From the NCBI GenBank assembly GCA_043739665.1, contig JAYUDR010000022.1, forward strand, positions 1-43,161: a DNA stretch of 43,161 nt, read 5' to 3'. The notes beneath the pieces are model-generated. The model was not told the origin of the DNA. It worked only from the letters and a program-made list of their open reading frames with translations, and did no database searches. A program made the position numbers and the translations under genes. The stretch's first letter is position 1. Every line of letters begins with the position of its first letter. Source of the stretch: Chloroflexota bacterium. GTDB taxonomy: Bacteria; Chloroflexota; Limnocylindria; Limnocylindrales; CSP1-4. Positions 29,414 through 38,287 of this stretch are shown here, in pieces.

Positions 29414-31432
29414 CTAGAACGTTGGGCGCGGGCGTTTGCCGGGTGTCATCGCGTCGAAGCGAGCCTGCGCGCGGCGCGTCAGCGGGTTCTCCTCGCCCAG
29501 GGTGCGGCGGTAGCCGTCGACAACGGTCCGAGCCTGATTGCGGGCGGCGATCTTCTTGCCGAGCATCAACAGCGCGTTGGCGTCGCGGCTGGCCATGGCG
29601 AGTGTGTCCGGATCCTCCGGACCGGGCGACTTGCGCAGGATCGCCACCGCCTCACTGTAGAGGACGTGGGCCTCCGTTGGGTTGCCGAGCTTGAGCGCAA
29701 TGTCGCCGAGATGGCCGCGCAAGTCGGCCACGGCCCGGCCGCGCCGGCCCTCGATCTGCAAGTAGCCATCGAGCGTGCGCTGATATGTGGCGCGGGCGGC
29801 TTCGCACTGGCCCAGGCGCTCCAGAGTTAGGCCCAGCCCGAGGCCCAGCTCGAGCGTCCGCGGGTCGTCGGCGCCGACGGCCCCGGCACTGCCCGCATAG
29901 ATCCGGCCCAGAGGGCCGGCCACTCGTTCGGAGATCGTGCGGGCCTGCTCGCTTTCGTCAATGTCGTCGAGGGCCTCCGCCAGCCAGACCAGACTGTCGA
30001 GGGTGCGTTCGCCTTTGGGCCCGTAGAGCTGCTCGTGCGTCTCCACCAGCTGGGCCCAATAGCGGCGGGCAGACTCCAGCTCACCGACCTTGCGTAGTTC
30101 CCACGCCAGCCCCCGGAGAGCGTTGAGCGTTTCGTCCGCCTCGGCACCCAGGCGCCGGTCCTGCGTTTCGTATAACCGTGCGTAGGCTCGTCGGGCGTCG
30201 GCGTGAGCGCCCAGCTTGCCCAGGACCCGGGTCAAGCCCTGGAGCGTCCAGACCGTGTCAGGTTCGTCGGGGCCGATGGTTCGAGTGCGAGCCTCCGCCA
30301 GTTCACTCAGGCGCGCCGCGGCCCCACTCAAGTCGCCCAGTTGCTCCATGTTCCAGGCCAGGTCACCAATTGCCCATTGTGTGGCCGCGTGGTCCGGCCC
30401 GAGGATCTTCTGGCGCCTGTCGAGCAACTGCAGGTCCAGGTCGTGGGCGCGCTTGTGATCGCCGGTCCGGCCCACCGAATCGGCCAAGCCGGCGAGCGCG
30501 TCGAGTGTGGCGATGTCCTCGGGGCCGTTGAGACGCGTCCGCTTGTCGAATAGATTTCGGTAGGCTGTGACTGCGGCTTTGGCCTCGCCGAGTCCCAGGA
30601 TCAGGCGGCTGTGTTGGGTCATGGCCGAGATCGTTTCTGGCGCATCGGGCCCGAATGTCGTGATCGTTGAGGACAGGGCCTGCTCCGAAAGGGCGCGCCC
30701 GGAGGCCTTGTCGCCGGCGCCGACCAGTGCCCGAGCCAGGCTGAGCATTGCGTCGATGGTATCGGCGTGGGTAGCACCGAGGACGCGACGGCTGCGATCG
30801 ACCCGCTCGGCCAGAACCTCGCACGCACGCGGGTATTCCTCCATGGCGATCAGCACGCTGCCGAGGTTCGTCATGGTCCGAAGCGTGAGGGCGTTCTCCG
30901 GCCCGAAAACGCGCCGCTGTGCCTCCAGTAGCTGCTCGAACGTGGCCCGGGCTGCGGCATTGTCACCGAGGGCTCGATGGGTCAGGCCGAGGTTGTGCAG
31001 GGCGCTCAGGGTCGCGGGATCGTCCGCTCCGAGGGAGTTGCGGCGGCCGGCGTAGACACGTTCGTACATGGCTCGGGCGATCGCGGGCTCGTCCATGAAG
31101 GAGAGGGCAACTGCCAGGCCATGCACCGCGGACAGAGTGTCGAGGTTGCGCGGCCCAAAGACGCGCTCCGAACGTTCCATGAGGACGGTATAGGCGTCGC
31201 GTGCGGACTGGTATTCCTCAAGCTCGATGGTGATGGCGGCCAGACGGGCCTCCACCTCGATCGTGGTCGGATGATCCGGCCCGAGGAGCTTCCGGCGAGC
31301 CTCCAACACCTGCCGGAGGACCGGCCGCTGGGACCTGGGATCTTCGATTCCTTCGAGGAGGACGCTGAGGTCCTGGAGTGCGGCGAGGCCGGCAATTACT
31401 CGAGCCGGGCCGCCGGCTGACACGCGATCCAT
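29414..31432 (-). CDS. Tetratricopeptide repeat protein (42-aa kinesin-light-chain / TPR_12-type repeats)
   Basis: Recurrent (L/F)GPDHPxT(L/I) units about every 42 aa along the whole protein; start uncertain (ATG 31432). Confidence 0.85.
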   Translation of the reverse strand: MDRVSAGGPARVIAGLAALQDLSVLLEGIEDPRSQRPVLRQVLEARRKLLGPDHPTTIEVEARLAAITIELEEYQSARDAYTVLMERSERVFGPRNLDTLSAVHGLAVALSFMDEPAIARAMYERVYAGRRNSLGADDPATLSALHNLGLTHRALGDNAAARATFEQLLEAQRRVFGPENALTLRTMTNLGSVLIAMEEYPRACEVLAERVDRSRRVLGATHADTIDAMLSLARALVGAGDKASGRALSEQALSSTITTFGPDAPETISAMTQHSRLILGLGEAKAAVTAYRNLFDKRTRLNGPEDIATLDALAGLADSVGRTGDHKRAHDLDLQLLDRRQKILGPDHAATQWAIGDLAWNMEQLGDLSGAAARLSELAEARTRTIGPDEPDTVWTLQGLTRVLGKLGAHADARRAYARLYETQDRRLGAEADETLNALRGLAWELRKVGELESARRYWAQLVETHEQLYGPKGERTLDSLVWLAEALDDIDESEQARTISERVAGPLGRIYAGSAGAVGADDPRTLELGLGLGLTLERLGQCEAARATYQRTLDGYLQIEGRRGRAVADLRGHLGDIALKLGNPTEAHVLYSEAVAILRKSPGPEDPDTLAMASRDANALLMLGKKIAARNQARTVVDGYRRTLGEENPLTRRAQARFDAMTPGKRPRPTF

Positions 31433-31568
31433 CGACAGAACGAGACTCCTACTAGGCCCCTGAGACACAATGATGCCAGAGTCGACACGGGACGGTCCGA
31501 TCGGGTGGGCGCGGGTACGATTAACTGCGATGTCCGCCCGGAGCGGAGAGGCCAACCGGAGGAATGCG

Positions 31569-33593
31569 GTGCGATCGATCGAGCTCGAGGTTCGAACGCA
31601 GGCGGGTCTGCACGCCCGGCCGGCGGCGGCCTTTGTTCGGGCGGTGGCCGCGTTCCGATCGACGGTTCAGCTGCAGAACGTCACCCTCGGGCGGCCTGCC
31701 GTAGATGCCCGAAGTGTCGTCGGCATCCTGTCGGCCGGCGTCGAGATGGGACACCTGGTGCGGATCGTTGCCGTAGGCGCCGATGAAAAGCGGGCGGTCG
31801 AAGTCCTTAGCGAGTTGCTGGCCTCTCCGGACCAGGCCGTGGGCAAGCAAGCCGCGTCGGGCCGGGTTGCCGGTCGACCTGCCGCGCCGGGGATCGCCGT
31901 CGGGCCGCCGTGGTGGTACGCGCCCGGGCCGGTTTCGGCGGCTCCCCGCGAGGCGGCCGAGGCGGTGGTTTCGGGCGACGAAGACGATGCCGAGTCCCTC
32001 ATTCGTGGCGCGGCCGAGACGGCTGCCGCGCAACTGAACGCTCTGGCTGCGCGCCTGTGCGCGGCCGACCGGCCGGGCGACGCTGAGATACTCGAGGCCC
32101 AGGCGCTCATGGCCGTGGACCCGGCGATCATCGATGAGGCCGTGCGGCGATCCCACGCGGGAGTTGCTCCGGCAATAGCCGTGATCGATGCCGCGGAAGC
32201 GTCGGCGGTCCTTCTGGCGGGCCTTGACGACGCGCTGCTGGCGGCTCGCGCGGCGGACGTGCGGGACGTGGCCGCGCGCGTGGTCCGGGTTCTTGACGGC
32301 ACTCATCTCAACCTGCCCGACGCGCCGTCGATCCTCATCGCCGATGACCTGCCGCCGTCATTGCTCGCGGAGATGTCGCCCGGCATGCTTCTGGGCGTGG
32401 CCCTGTCCGGCGGATCGCCGACGGCCCACGTCGCCATCCTGGCACGCAGCCTGGGCGTGCCCGCGGTCGTGGCCGCGGCGGGGCTGCTGGCGGTGGTCCG
32501 CGGGGCGGCCGCAGTGGCCATCGATGGTGACACCGGCGAAGTCATCGCCGACCCGGACGAGGCCGAGTTGCGGGTTCTGGCCGATCGTCGGGCCGTTCGG
32601 GCCGCCCGCGCGCGTGCCGACGCCGCGCTCCGAGGCCGACCTGCCGCCACCTGCGACGGAAAGCGCATCGCCCTGTTCGCCAACATCCGCAGCCCGGACG
32701 AAGCCGCTCGCGCGATCGCCTCCGGGGCTGAGGGCGTCGGCCTCTTCCGCACTGAGTACCTCTTCCTGCGCCGTCAATCGGCCCCGAGCGAGCAGGAACA
32801 GGTGGCCGCGTATCGCCAGGCCATGGAGGCGTTCGGGGCTGAGCGACCGGTGGTAATTCGCCTGGCCGATATCGGCGGCGACAAGTCGATCCCGTACCTC
32901 GGCCGACCCGAGGAACCGAATCCGTTCCTGGGCGTGCGGGCGATTCGCCTGGCGGGCGATTCGCGCGACCTGCTGCTGACTCAGCTTCGGGCGATCTGGC
33001 GAGCGGCCGGTATGGCCGGTGTCACGCCCCACGTCATGGCCGCGATGGTGGCGACGCTCGCCGACGCCCGTATGCTGCTCGATCTGCGCGACGAGGCCCG
33101 CGCCCAGGTTGACGCGGCCGACGAGCCGTGCCCGGAGCGGATGGTCACGGGCGTCATGATCGAGGTTCCGTCGGCCGCGATGATGGCACCGGAACTGGCC
33201 CGAATGGTGGACTTCTTCAGCATCGGGACTAACGATCTGACTCAATACGTGCTGGCCGCGGATCGGGGCAATCCGTCGCTCGCCAGGTTCCAGGACGCGC
33301 TCCACCCAGCGGTCCTCCGCACCGTTGCCGCGGTCATAGCCGGCGCCCGCACGGCCGGAATTCCGGTAGCTGTCTGCGGCGAGCTGGCCGGCGACCCGGC
33401 CGGAGCAGTGGTGCTGGTCGGCCTGGGCGTGGACGAGCTATCGGCAGATGTGGGCAGCCTCGACGGCGTTAGAGCTGCGCTCGCGAAGGTGACTTCCGCC
33501 GAGCTACGCGTTCTCGCAGTCAAATCGCTGGCGGCCACGGACGCCGAGACGGTCAGAGCGGCCGCGAACGAACTGCTGCGGGCGCGGGTCTAG
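31569..33593 (+). CDS. Fused HPr - Enzyme I phosphoenolpyruvate-protein phosphotransferase
   Basis: GLHARPAA (HPr His15) and DARSVVGIL (Ser46 region); EI PTAHVAILAR phospho-His, GVGLFRTE, DIGGDK, EPNPFLGVR, FSIGTNDLTQY, VCGE; GTG 31569 behind GGAGG. Confidence 0.92.
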   Translation: MRSIELEVRTQAGLHARPAAAFVRAVAAFRSTVQLQNVTLGRPAVDARSVVGILSAGVEMGHLVRIVAVGADEKRAVEVLSELLASPDQAVGKQAASGRVAGRPAAPGIAVGPPWWYAPGPVSAAPREAAEAVVSGDEDDAESLIRGAAETAAAQLNALAARLCAADRPGDAEILEAQALMAVDPAIIDEAVRRSHAGVAPAIAVIDAAEASAVLLAGLDDALLAARAADVRDVAARVVRVLDGTHLNLPDAPSILIADDLPPSLLAEMSPGMLLGVALSGGSPTAHVAILARSLGVPAVVAAAGLLAVVRGAAAVAIDGDTGEVIADPDEAELRVLADRRAVRAARARADAALRGRPAATCDGKRIALFANIRSPDEAARAIASGAEGVGLFRTEYLFLRRQSAPSEQEQVAAYRQAMEAFGAERPVVIRLADIGGDKSIPYLGRPEEPNPFLGVRAIRLAGDSRDLLLTQLRAIWRAAGMAGVTPHVMAAMVATLADARMLLDLRDEARAQVDAADEPCPERMVTGVMIEVPSAAMMAPELARMVDFFSIGTNDLTQYVLAADRGNPSLARFQDALHPAVLRTVAAVIAGARTAGIPVAVCGELAGDPAGAVVLVGLGVDELSADVGSLDGVRAALAKVTSAELRVLAVKSLAATDAETVRAAANELLRARV

Positions 33594-33600
33594 CTCCGAG

Positions 33601-34104
33601 CTACGCGGCGCCGGGCTGTCGGCCGCTTGGGCTCGCGACAGTTCGCAGCGAGAGGGCCAGGTCGCGGTTGACCAGAATCGCGTGGAACCACTGGCTGACT
33701 GGCTCGTCGCAGAACTGATATTCGAGGACTGCGTTCGTGATGGCGACCATTGCCGGTAGATGGCTGATGCCGCGGACCGGGTTGGCCGTCGGCGGTGCGT
33801 GCATGTAACCCTCGGCGCAATATGGGCCGAGCTTCATGCTGACGCCGTTCGGCTTGGTGGCGAGCCGTCGCTTCGGGTCGCCCCGAGGGCCGCTGGCCAC
33901 CACGATGTCCAACTCGTCGAGGCCGATCTCGAGCTGCTCAAGTGCCCTCGTGTGGCCGTCGGCTGTGCTGAAGAGCGTGACCTCGCGCACCAGGATCGTG
34001 CGGCTCCCGTTGAGCAGATCGGCCAGGCGCGAGTCAGCCAGGTCAATCTTGCCTTCGACGCGACAATCGTCCGAGAAGCCGACGAATTCGATCTCTGTTG
34101 CCAT
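33601..34104 (-). CDS. Hypothetical protein, two internally repeated small beta domains (DUF6812-like)
   Basis: RVEGKIDL..RLADLLN and AEGYMHAPP..VAITNA..ILVNRD halves resemble each other; family recalled, not searched. Confidence 0.6.
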   Translation of the reverse strand: MATEIEFVGFSDDCRVEGKIDLADSRLADLLNGSRTILVREVTLFSTADGHTRALEQLEIGLDELDIVVASGPRGDPKRRLATKPNGVSMKLGPYCAEGYMHAPPTANPVRGISHLPAMVAITNAVLEYQFCDEPVSQWFHAILVNRDLALSLRTVASPSGRQPGAA

Positions 34105-34169
34105 AGTGTCGAGAAGATACGCCGAATGGGGTAACAAGCCGGCCGTAACTCGCCCTACGGAACGACTTT

Positions 34170-34832
34170 CTACGGCCCCGCGGGACCGCTTGCCGTGTCG
34201 TTCTCGGCTGGAGCGCGGCGGCCGCCGATGCGCCGCTCTTCGCCCCGCAAGAGCCGCCCGATGTTGTCCAGATGGAAGAGCCAGATCAAGCCGGCTCCCC
34301 CCACGCCATAGACGTAGTAGATCGGCGCCAGCGGCGTGACGGCGGTGATTACGATCATGGCGATGCCGCCCATCAAGCTGGCGGTCAGAGATCCCAGCGA
34401 TGAGATACGAGTTAGGAGGATCGTAAGGACGAAGACGGGGAAGATCGCAGCGAGGATGATCGGGGCGATGACAAGTGCGCCGCCGGTTGCGGGTGCCACG
34501 CCGCGGCCGCCACGCAGGCCGATGAAGGGCGAGCGGCTATGACCGACGATCGCGGCGAGGGCAGCCGCGACCTGCGGAACGGCACCGCCGCCGATGGCCA
34601 CCACCAGAAGAACCGCCGCCGACGCCTTGGCCACGTCCAATAGTCCGGAAACCGCGGCCCAGCGGAACCCCACCGCTCGAGAGACGTTGGCTCCCCCTGT
34701 TCGGCCGCTTCCGATGGTGCGGGGATCGGTTCCTCCGATCAGGCGGGTAACGAGAATCCCAAAGGGTATGCCGCCGATTAGATAGCCGGCGACTATTGCG
34801 AAGGCGACGCGGACGACGTCAAGGGTTTGCAT
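34170..34832 (-). CDS. plsY: Glycerol-3-phosphate acyltransferase
   Basis: YLIGGIPFG, GSGRTGGANVSR, LDVAK, GHS..F...RGGRGVA, HLDNIGRLLRGEE. Confidence 0.93.
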   Translation of the reverse strand: MQTLDVVRVAFAIVAGYLIGGIPFGILVTRLIGGTDPRTIGSGRTGGANVSRAVGFRWAAVSGLLDVAKASAAVLLVVAIGGGAVPQVAAALAAIVGHSRSPFIGLRGGRGVAPATGGALVIAPIILAAIFPVFVLTILLTRISSLGSLTASLMGGIAMIVITAVTPLAPIYYVYGVGGAGLIWLFHLDNIGRLLRGEERRIGGRRAPAENDTASGPAGP

Positions 34833-34875
34833 CGCCCGGAATTATAGGCCCGAGTCTGCATCCGGGAGCACTGTC

Positions 34876-36003
34876 CTACGGCTTGCCACCGAGCTCGGCC
34901 AGCAGTCGTTCCGGGTGGCCCCGGAACCAGGCCCGCCTTTGCGGATCGGCAGCCACCTCATCGACGAGGGCGGCCAGGCGGGCATTGACAGGCGTTGCCA
35001 CGCCCATTTGTCCGCCCGCATGGGCGACCGCGCCGTTCATCCAGGCCACTTCCGTCTGCTCGGCTGCGGACGCGGCCGGCGGCGTTGACGACACCTGGAG
35101 TCGCAGTGACGGCCATTTGCCGGCTCGGGCCCCGCCGACGGCACGGGCCATGATCGGCCGGCCGAGCCAGGCCGGTAACCGGATGCCGCGGACGAGCCAC
35201 GGGACAGGCGCGCCGGGAAGGGCCACGGGCCGGAGCCCCTGACCTGCCATAACGGCGATGGTCTCGAGGAGCTGGCGGCGCTCCACTTCGTATAGACCGG
35301 CGTGGCGGTAGATGGCAGCGGCATCCATGTCGAGAATAGCGCCCGTGGCGTTGGCGATGAGGTTGGCGAGCAACTTGGACCATTTCATTGGCGGCGCGGC
35401 GGGCTCGTGGGCGACTCGCAATCCGGCCCGGCCGAAGTCGTCGAGCAAATTGCCTACGAGGGGCCGGGCTGCGTCGTTCGCGGCTGCCAATGCCAGTCCG
35501 CCTCTGCCCATCTGATGGACCTCGTCCTCAGAGACGAGCCGGGCGGGCGCGGTTAAGGAGCCCGCAAGTTGGGGCGCTGCCGGCCTGATCTCGGCCGCGA
35601 TCTCCTCCGCGCCGATGCCGTTCTCGACGGTTAAGGTGGGAACGGTGGGCCAGAGCAGCGTCGGCGCCAGGGCCTCGCGGAGGGCCGGCATCTTGACCGC
35701 GACGAGGATAAGGTCCGGTGTGGGCGCGTCGGTTGTGCGGGTGAGTCGGTGGACCGGGATCGTGGTCCGCGTGCCGTCCGGGCGGATCAGGACAAGAGGC
35801 CGTTCGGAGTCCGGCTCAAAGATCCGGACGAGGGTCACGTCGTACCCGACGGTCCCGAGCAGGGCGCCCAGCAACGAACCCACGGCTCCCGCGCCGACGA
35901 CGAGGAGCCGCTTCGTGGAGCGCGCGGGCTCACTGGCCGCGCCGGCAGGCTTCGGGCCGCTCGAGTCTGGCGTTTCGGAGACTGGCATGGGCGGGCTGAC
36001 CAT
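34876..36003 (-). CDS. Ketopantoate reductase (PanE/ApbA) family NAD(P)-dependent oxidoreductase
   Basis: VVGAGAVG Rossmann motif, AVK, ENG, KWSKLLAN, PSL..., TEVAWMNGAV, TPVN. Confidence 0.85.
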   Translation of the reverse strand: MVSPPMPVSETPDSSGPKPAGAASEPARSTKRLLVVGAGAVGSLLGALLGTVGYDVTLVRIFEPDSERPLVLIRPDGTRTTIPVHRLTRTTDAPTPDLILVAVKMPALREALAPTLLWPTVPTLTVENGIGAEEIAAEIRPAAPQLAGSLTAPARLVSEDEVHQMGRGGLALAAANDAARPLVGNLLDDFGRAGLRVAHEPAAPPMKWSKLLANLIANATGAILDMDAAAIYRHAGLYEVERRQLLETIAVMAGQGLRPVALPGAPVPWLVRGIRLPAWLGRPIMARAVGGARAGKWPSLRLQVSSTPPAASAAEQTEVAWMNGAVAHAGGQMGVATPVNARLAALVDEVAADPQRRAWFRGHPERLLAELGGKP

Positions 36004-36149
36004 ATTCTTGATGCTGAGCCGAAATCGGTCCGGGCCTCGCCGGGTGACATCGGCGCGCCTAGACTAGTCGGTGGAGGGACTGTGCGTCACGGCCCTGATC
36101 ACGCGGCTCGCAATCGCCCCACTACGTCGGCAGAATCGGGAGGCTTTCG

Positions 36150-37394
36150 ATGAGGGGTCCTGGCCGGAACAGCGGTCCGCTTCGGCGGATGCGTGGCCGG
36201 GGCATCGCCGGCCTGGGCATTTTGGTTGCGGTCGCCATCGCGGGCGTGGGATGCTCCGGCAGCCAGGCCACGCCCCAGCCGAGCGCCACTCGGACGGCGG
36301 CTACTCCATCGCCGAGCGCTGCCTCCACGGCTACGGCGTCCTTGCCGGCCGCACCTACGCCCACTCTGGCCGGTGCAGGCCTATTCGCGCCGGCGGGCTC
36401 GATGGACGCGGCGAGTGTCAACGCCACTCTCCTGCGGGACGGGCGCGTCCTCATGGTCGGCGGCCACGACGACTCGGGCGATGCGGTTGCCTCGGCCCAG
36501 CTATTCGATCCCGGCTCGGGCGCCTACACCGCGGTGGCTGGCGCTCTGACTGAAGCCCGGTTTGATCCGGCGGTTGCCGAGCTTCAAGATGGCCGCGTGC
36601 TCGTAGCCGGTGGCGAGGGCGGCACTCAGGCCCCGCTGGCCACGGCCGAGATCTTCGACCCGAGTTCCGGCACATTCAAGGCTACGGGCTCCATGAAGAC
36701 GGCTCGCTCAGGCGCTTCGGCGTTCCGTCTGACGAACGGCAACGTTCTGGTGTTCGGCGGACGTGACGCGGGCGGTGAGGCTCTCGCCTCGGCGGAGGTC
36801 TTCGACTTCAAGTCGAGCGAATTTAGTTCGACGGGCTCGATGACGGCGGCTCGCGACGCCTTTGGGGCGGCCCAGCTATCCGATGGCCGCGTCCTCGTGG
36901 TGGGTGGTTGCTGCAACGTCGCCAACCCGTACGCCTCGGCCGAGCTTTACGACCCGGGCACGGGCGCCTTTACGGTTACCGGATCGATGGGCGTTGGCAG
37001 AATGTTCCCGGCACTTGCCGTTCTGGCCGATGGCCGTGTCCTCGTAGCGGGCGGCAACAGCAGCGCGGTTTACGAAAAGCCCCTCGCCTCAGTCGAGCTA
37101 TTCGACCCCAATACGGCAACCTTCACCGCCACCGGGTCAATGAAGGTGCCGCGCGACGGCCTCGATGCGACCCGGTTGCTCGATGGCCGAGTCCTGCTTT
37201 CCGGCGGTGCCGGTGGGCCGGACGTGGCCGCGGAGCTATTTGACCCCGCATCGCGTACGTTCACGCTGACCGGCAAGATGACAACGTACCGGGCCGGCCA
37301 GACTTCTACCGCGCTCCTTCAAGATGGGCGGGTATACATAGTCGGCGGTGGTTCCGGAGCCGACGCCCGAAGCGCAGAGGTCTACCAGCCTTAG
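36150..37394 (+). CDS. Kelch-repeat (galactose-oxidase-type propeller) lipoprotein
   Basis: Lipobox AGVGC + Ser/Thr/Pro linker; about seven LxDGRVLxxGG...SAE(L/I)FDP..G.F..TGSM repeats; GGGAGG RBS. Confidence 0.9.
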   Translation: MRGPGRNSGPLRRMRGRGIAGLGILVAVAIAGVGCSGSQATPQPSATRTAATPSPSAASTATASLPAAPTPTLAGAGLFAPAGSMDAASVNATLLRDGRVLMVGGHDDSGDAVASAQLFDPGSGAYTAVAGALTEARFDPAVAELQDGRVLVAGGEGGTQAPLATAEIFDPSSGTFKATGSMKTARSGASAFRLTNGNVLVFGGRDAGGEALASAEVFDFKSSEFSSTGSMTAARDAFGAAQLSDGRVLVVGGCCNVANPYASAELYDPGTGAFTVTGSMGVGRMFPALAVLADGRVLVAGGNSSAVYEKPLASVELFDPNTATFTATGSMKVPRDGLDATRLLDGRVLLSGGAGGPDVAAELFDPASRTFTLTGKMTTYRAGQTSTALLQDGRVYIVGGGSGADARSAEVYQP

Positions 37395-37432
37395 GTGCTG
37401 CTCGGCCGTCGGCCGGAGGCAGTCGAAGACCA

Positions 37433-38287
37433 CTAGCTCTTGCGGCTGAAGAGGCGCCTGATGCCGTTGGCTGCGATGTGGCGGCGCAGCGTCAACAGGG
37501 CCAGTGCCGGCTCCACGGCCGAGGGGCAAACGACGCTGCACTCCAGCGCGGCGCGGCAGCGCCATACCGAATCGGGTTCAGCCGCGAGGTCCAGCACCGG
37601 CCCAAGCTCGCGGCCGCGTGGCTCCTCGACGACGCGTGCGGTGGCCGCCAGCGCAGCCGGGCCGATGTAATCGTGGTTCGTCCGTGCAATCGGGCAAGCG
37701 GAAAGGCAGAGCCCGCATTCGATGCAGTTCTCGAACCGTCCGAACGTCTTGATACCGTCGGGTGGCTCCGCTCCGGGAGCCACCTCAGAGCTCCGAACGA
37801 GCGGCAAGCCGGCCGCCTCGAAGCGGGCGTAGAAGTCGACCATGTCGGTCGCGAGGTCGGCTACCGGGCGCTGGTTGGCCAGTGGCTCCACTTTGATCGG
37901 CGGGGCAGGCTTGGCCGGCTTGGCCGGCAGCGCGTCCACCTTCGTGTCGCAGGCGAGCGCCTCCCGGCCGTTGATTCGCACGCCGCACGTCCCGCAGGAA
38001 GCGTGCATGCAGGAATGCCGGACCACGAGCCTGGGTTCCTTGGTGCGTCGAATACGGAGGAGGGCGTCGAGGACGGTATCGCCCGGCTCCATCTCGATCT
38101 CGAAGTCGTCGAAGTGCGGCTTTCGATCGCCCGACCGACGTCGCGAAATACGGAAGACACGGGTGGGCGGCGGAGGCGGTCCCGGGTCGACCATTTCCGC
38201 TTGCGCAAGCTCGACCGGCTGGCCAAGCTCGACTTCGGCCGGACTCGGCTCCGTCGGCCTGGTCGATCTTGACTTCTTGGCGCTCAT
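37433..38287 (-). CDS. SdhB/FrdB-like iron-sulfur protein
   Basis: SCMHASCGTC...LAC [2Fe-2S], CIECGLCLSACP [4Fe-4S], CRAALECSVVCP [3Fe-4S]-type; ATGA overlap with the upstream gene. Confidence 0.9.
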   Translation of the reverse strand: MSAKKSRSTRPTEPSPAEVELGQPVELAQAEMVDPGPPPPPTRVFRISRRRSGDRKPHFDDFEIEMEPGDTVLDALLRIRRTKEPRLVVRHSCMHASCGTCGVRINGREALACDTKVDALPAKPAKPAPPIKVEPLANQRPVADLATDMVDFYARFEAAGLPLVRSSEVAPGAEPPDGIKTFGRFENCIECGLCLSACPIARTNHDYIGPAALAATARVVEEPRGRELGPVLDLAAEPDSVWRCRAALECSVVCPSAVEPALALLTLRRHIAANGIRRLFSRKS

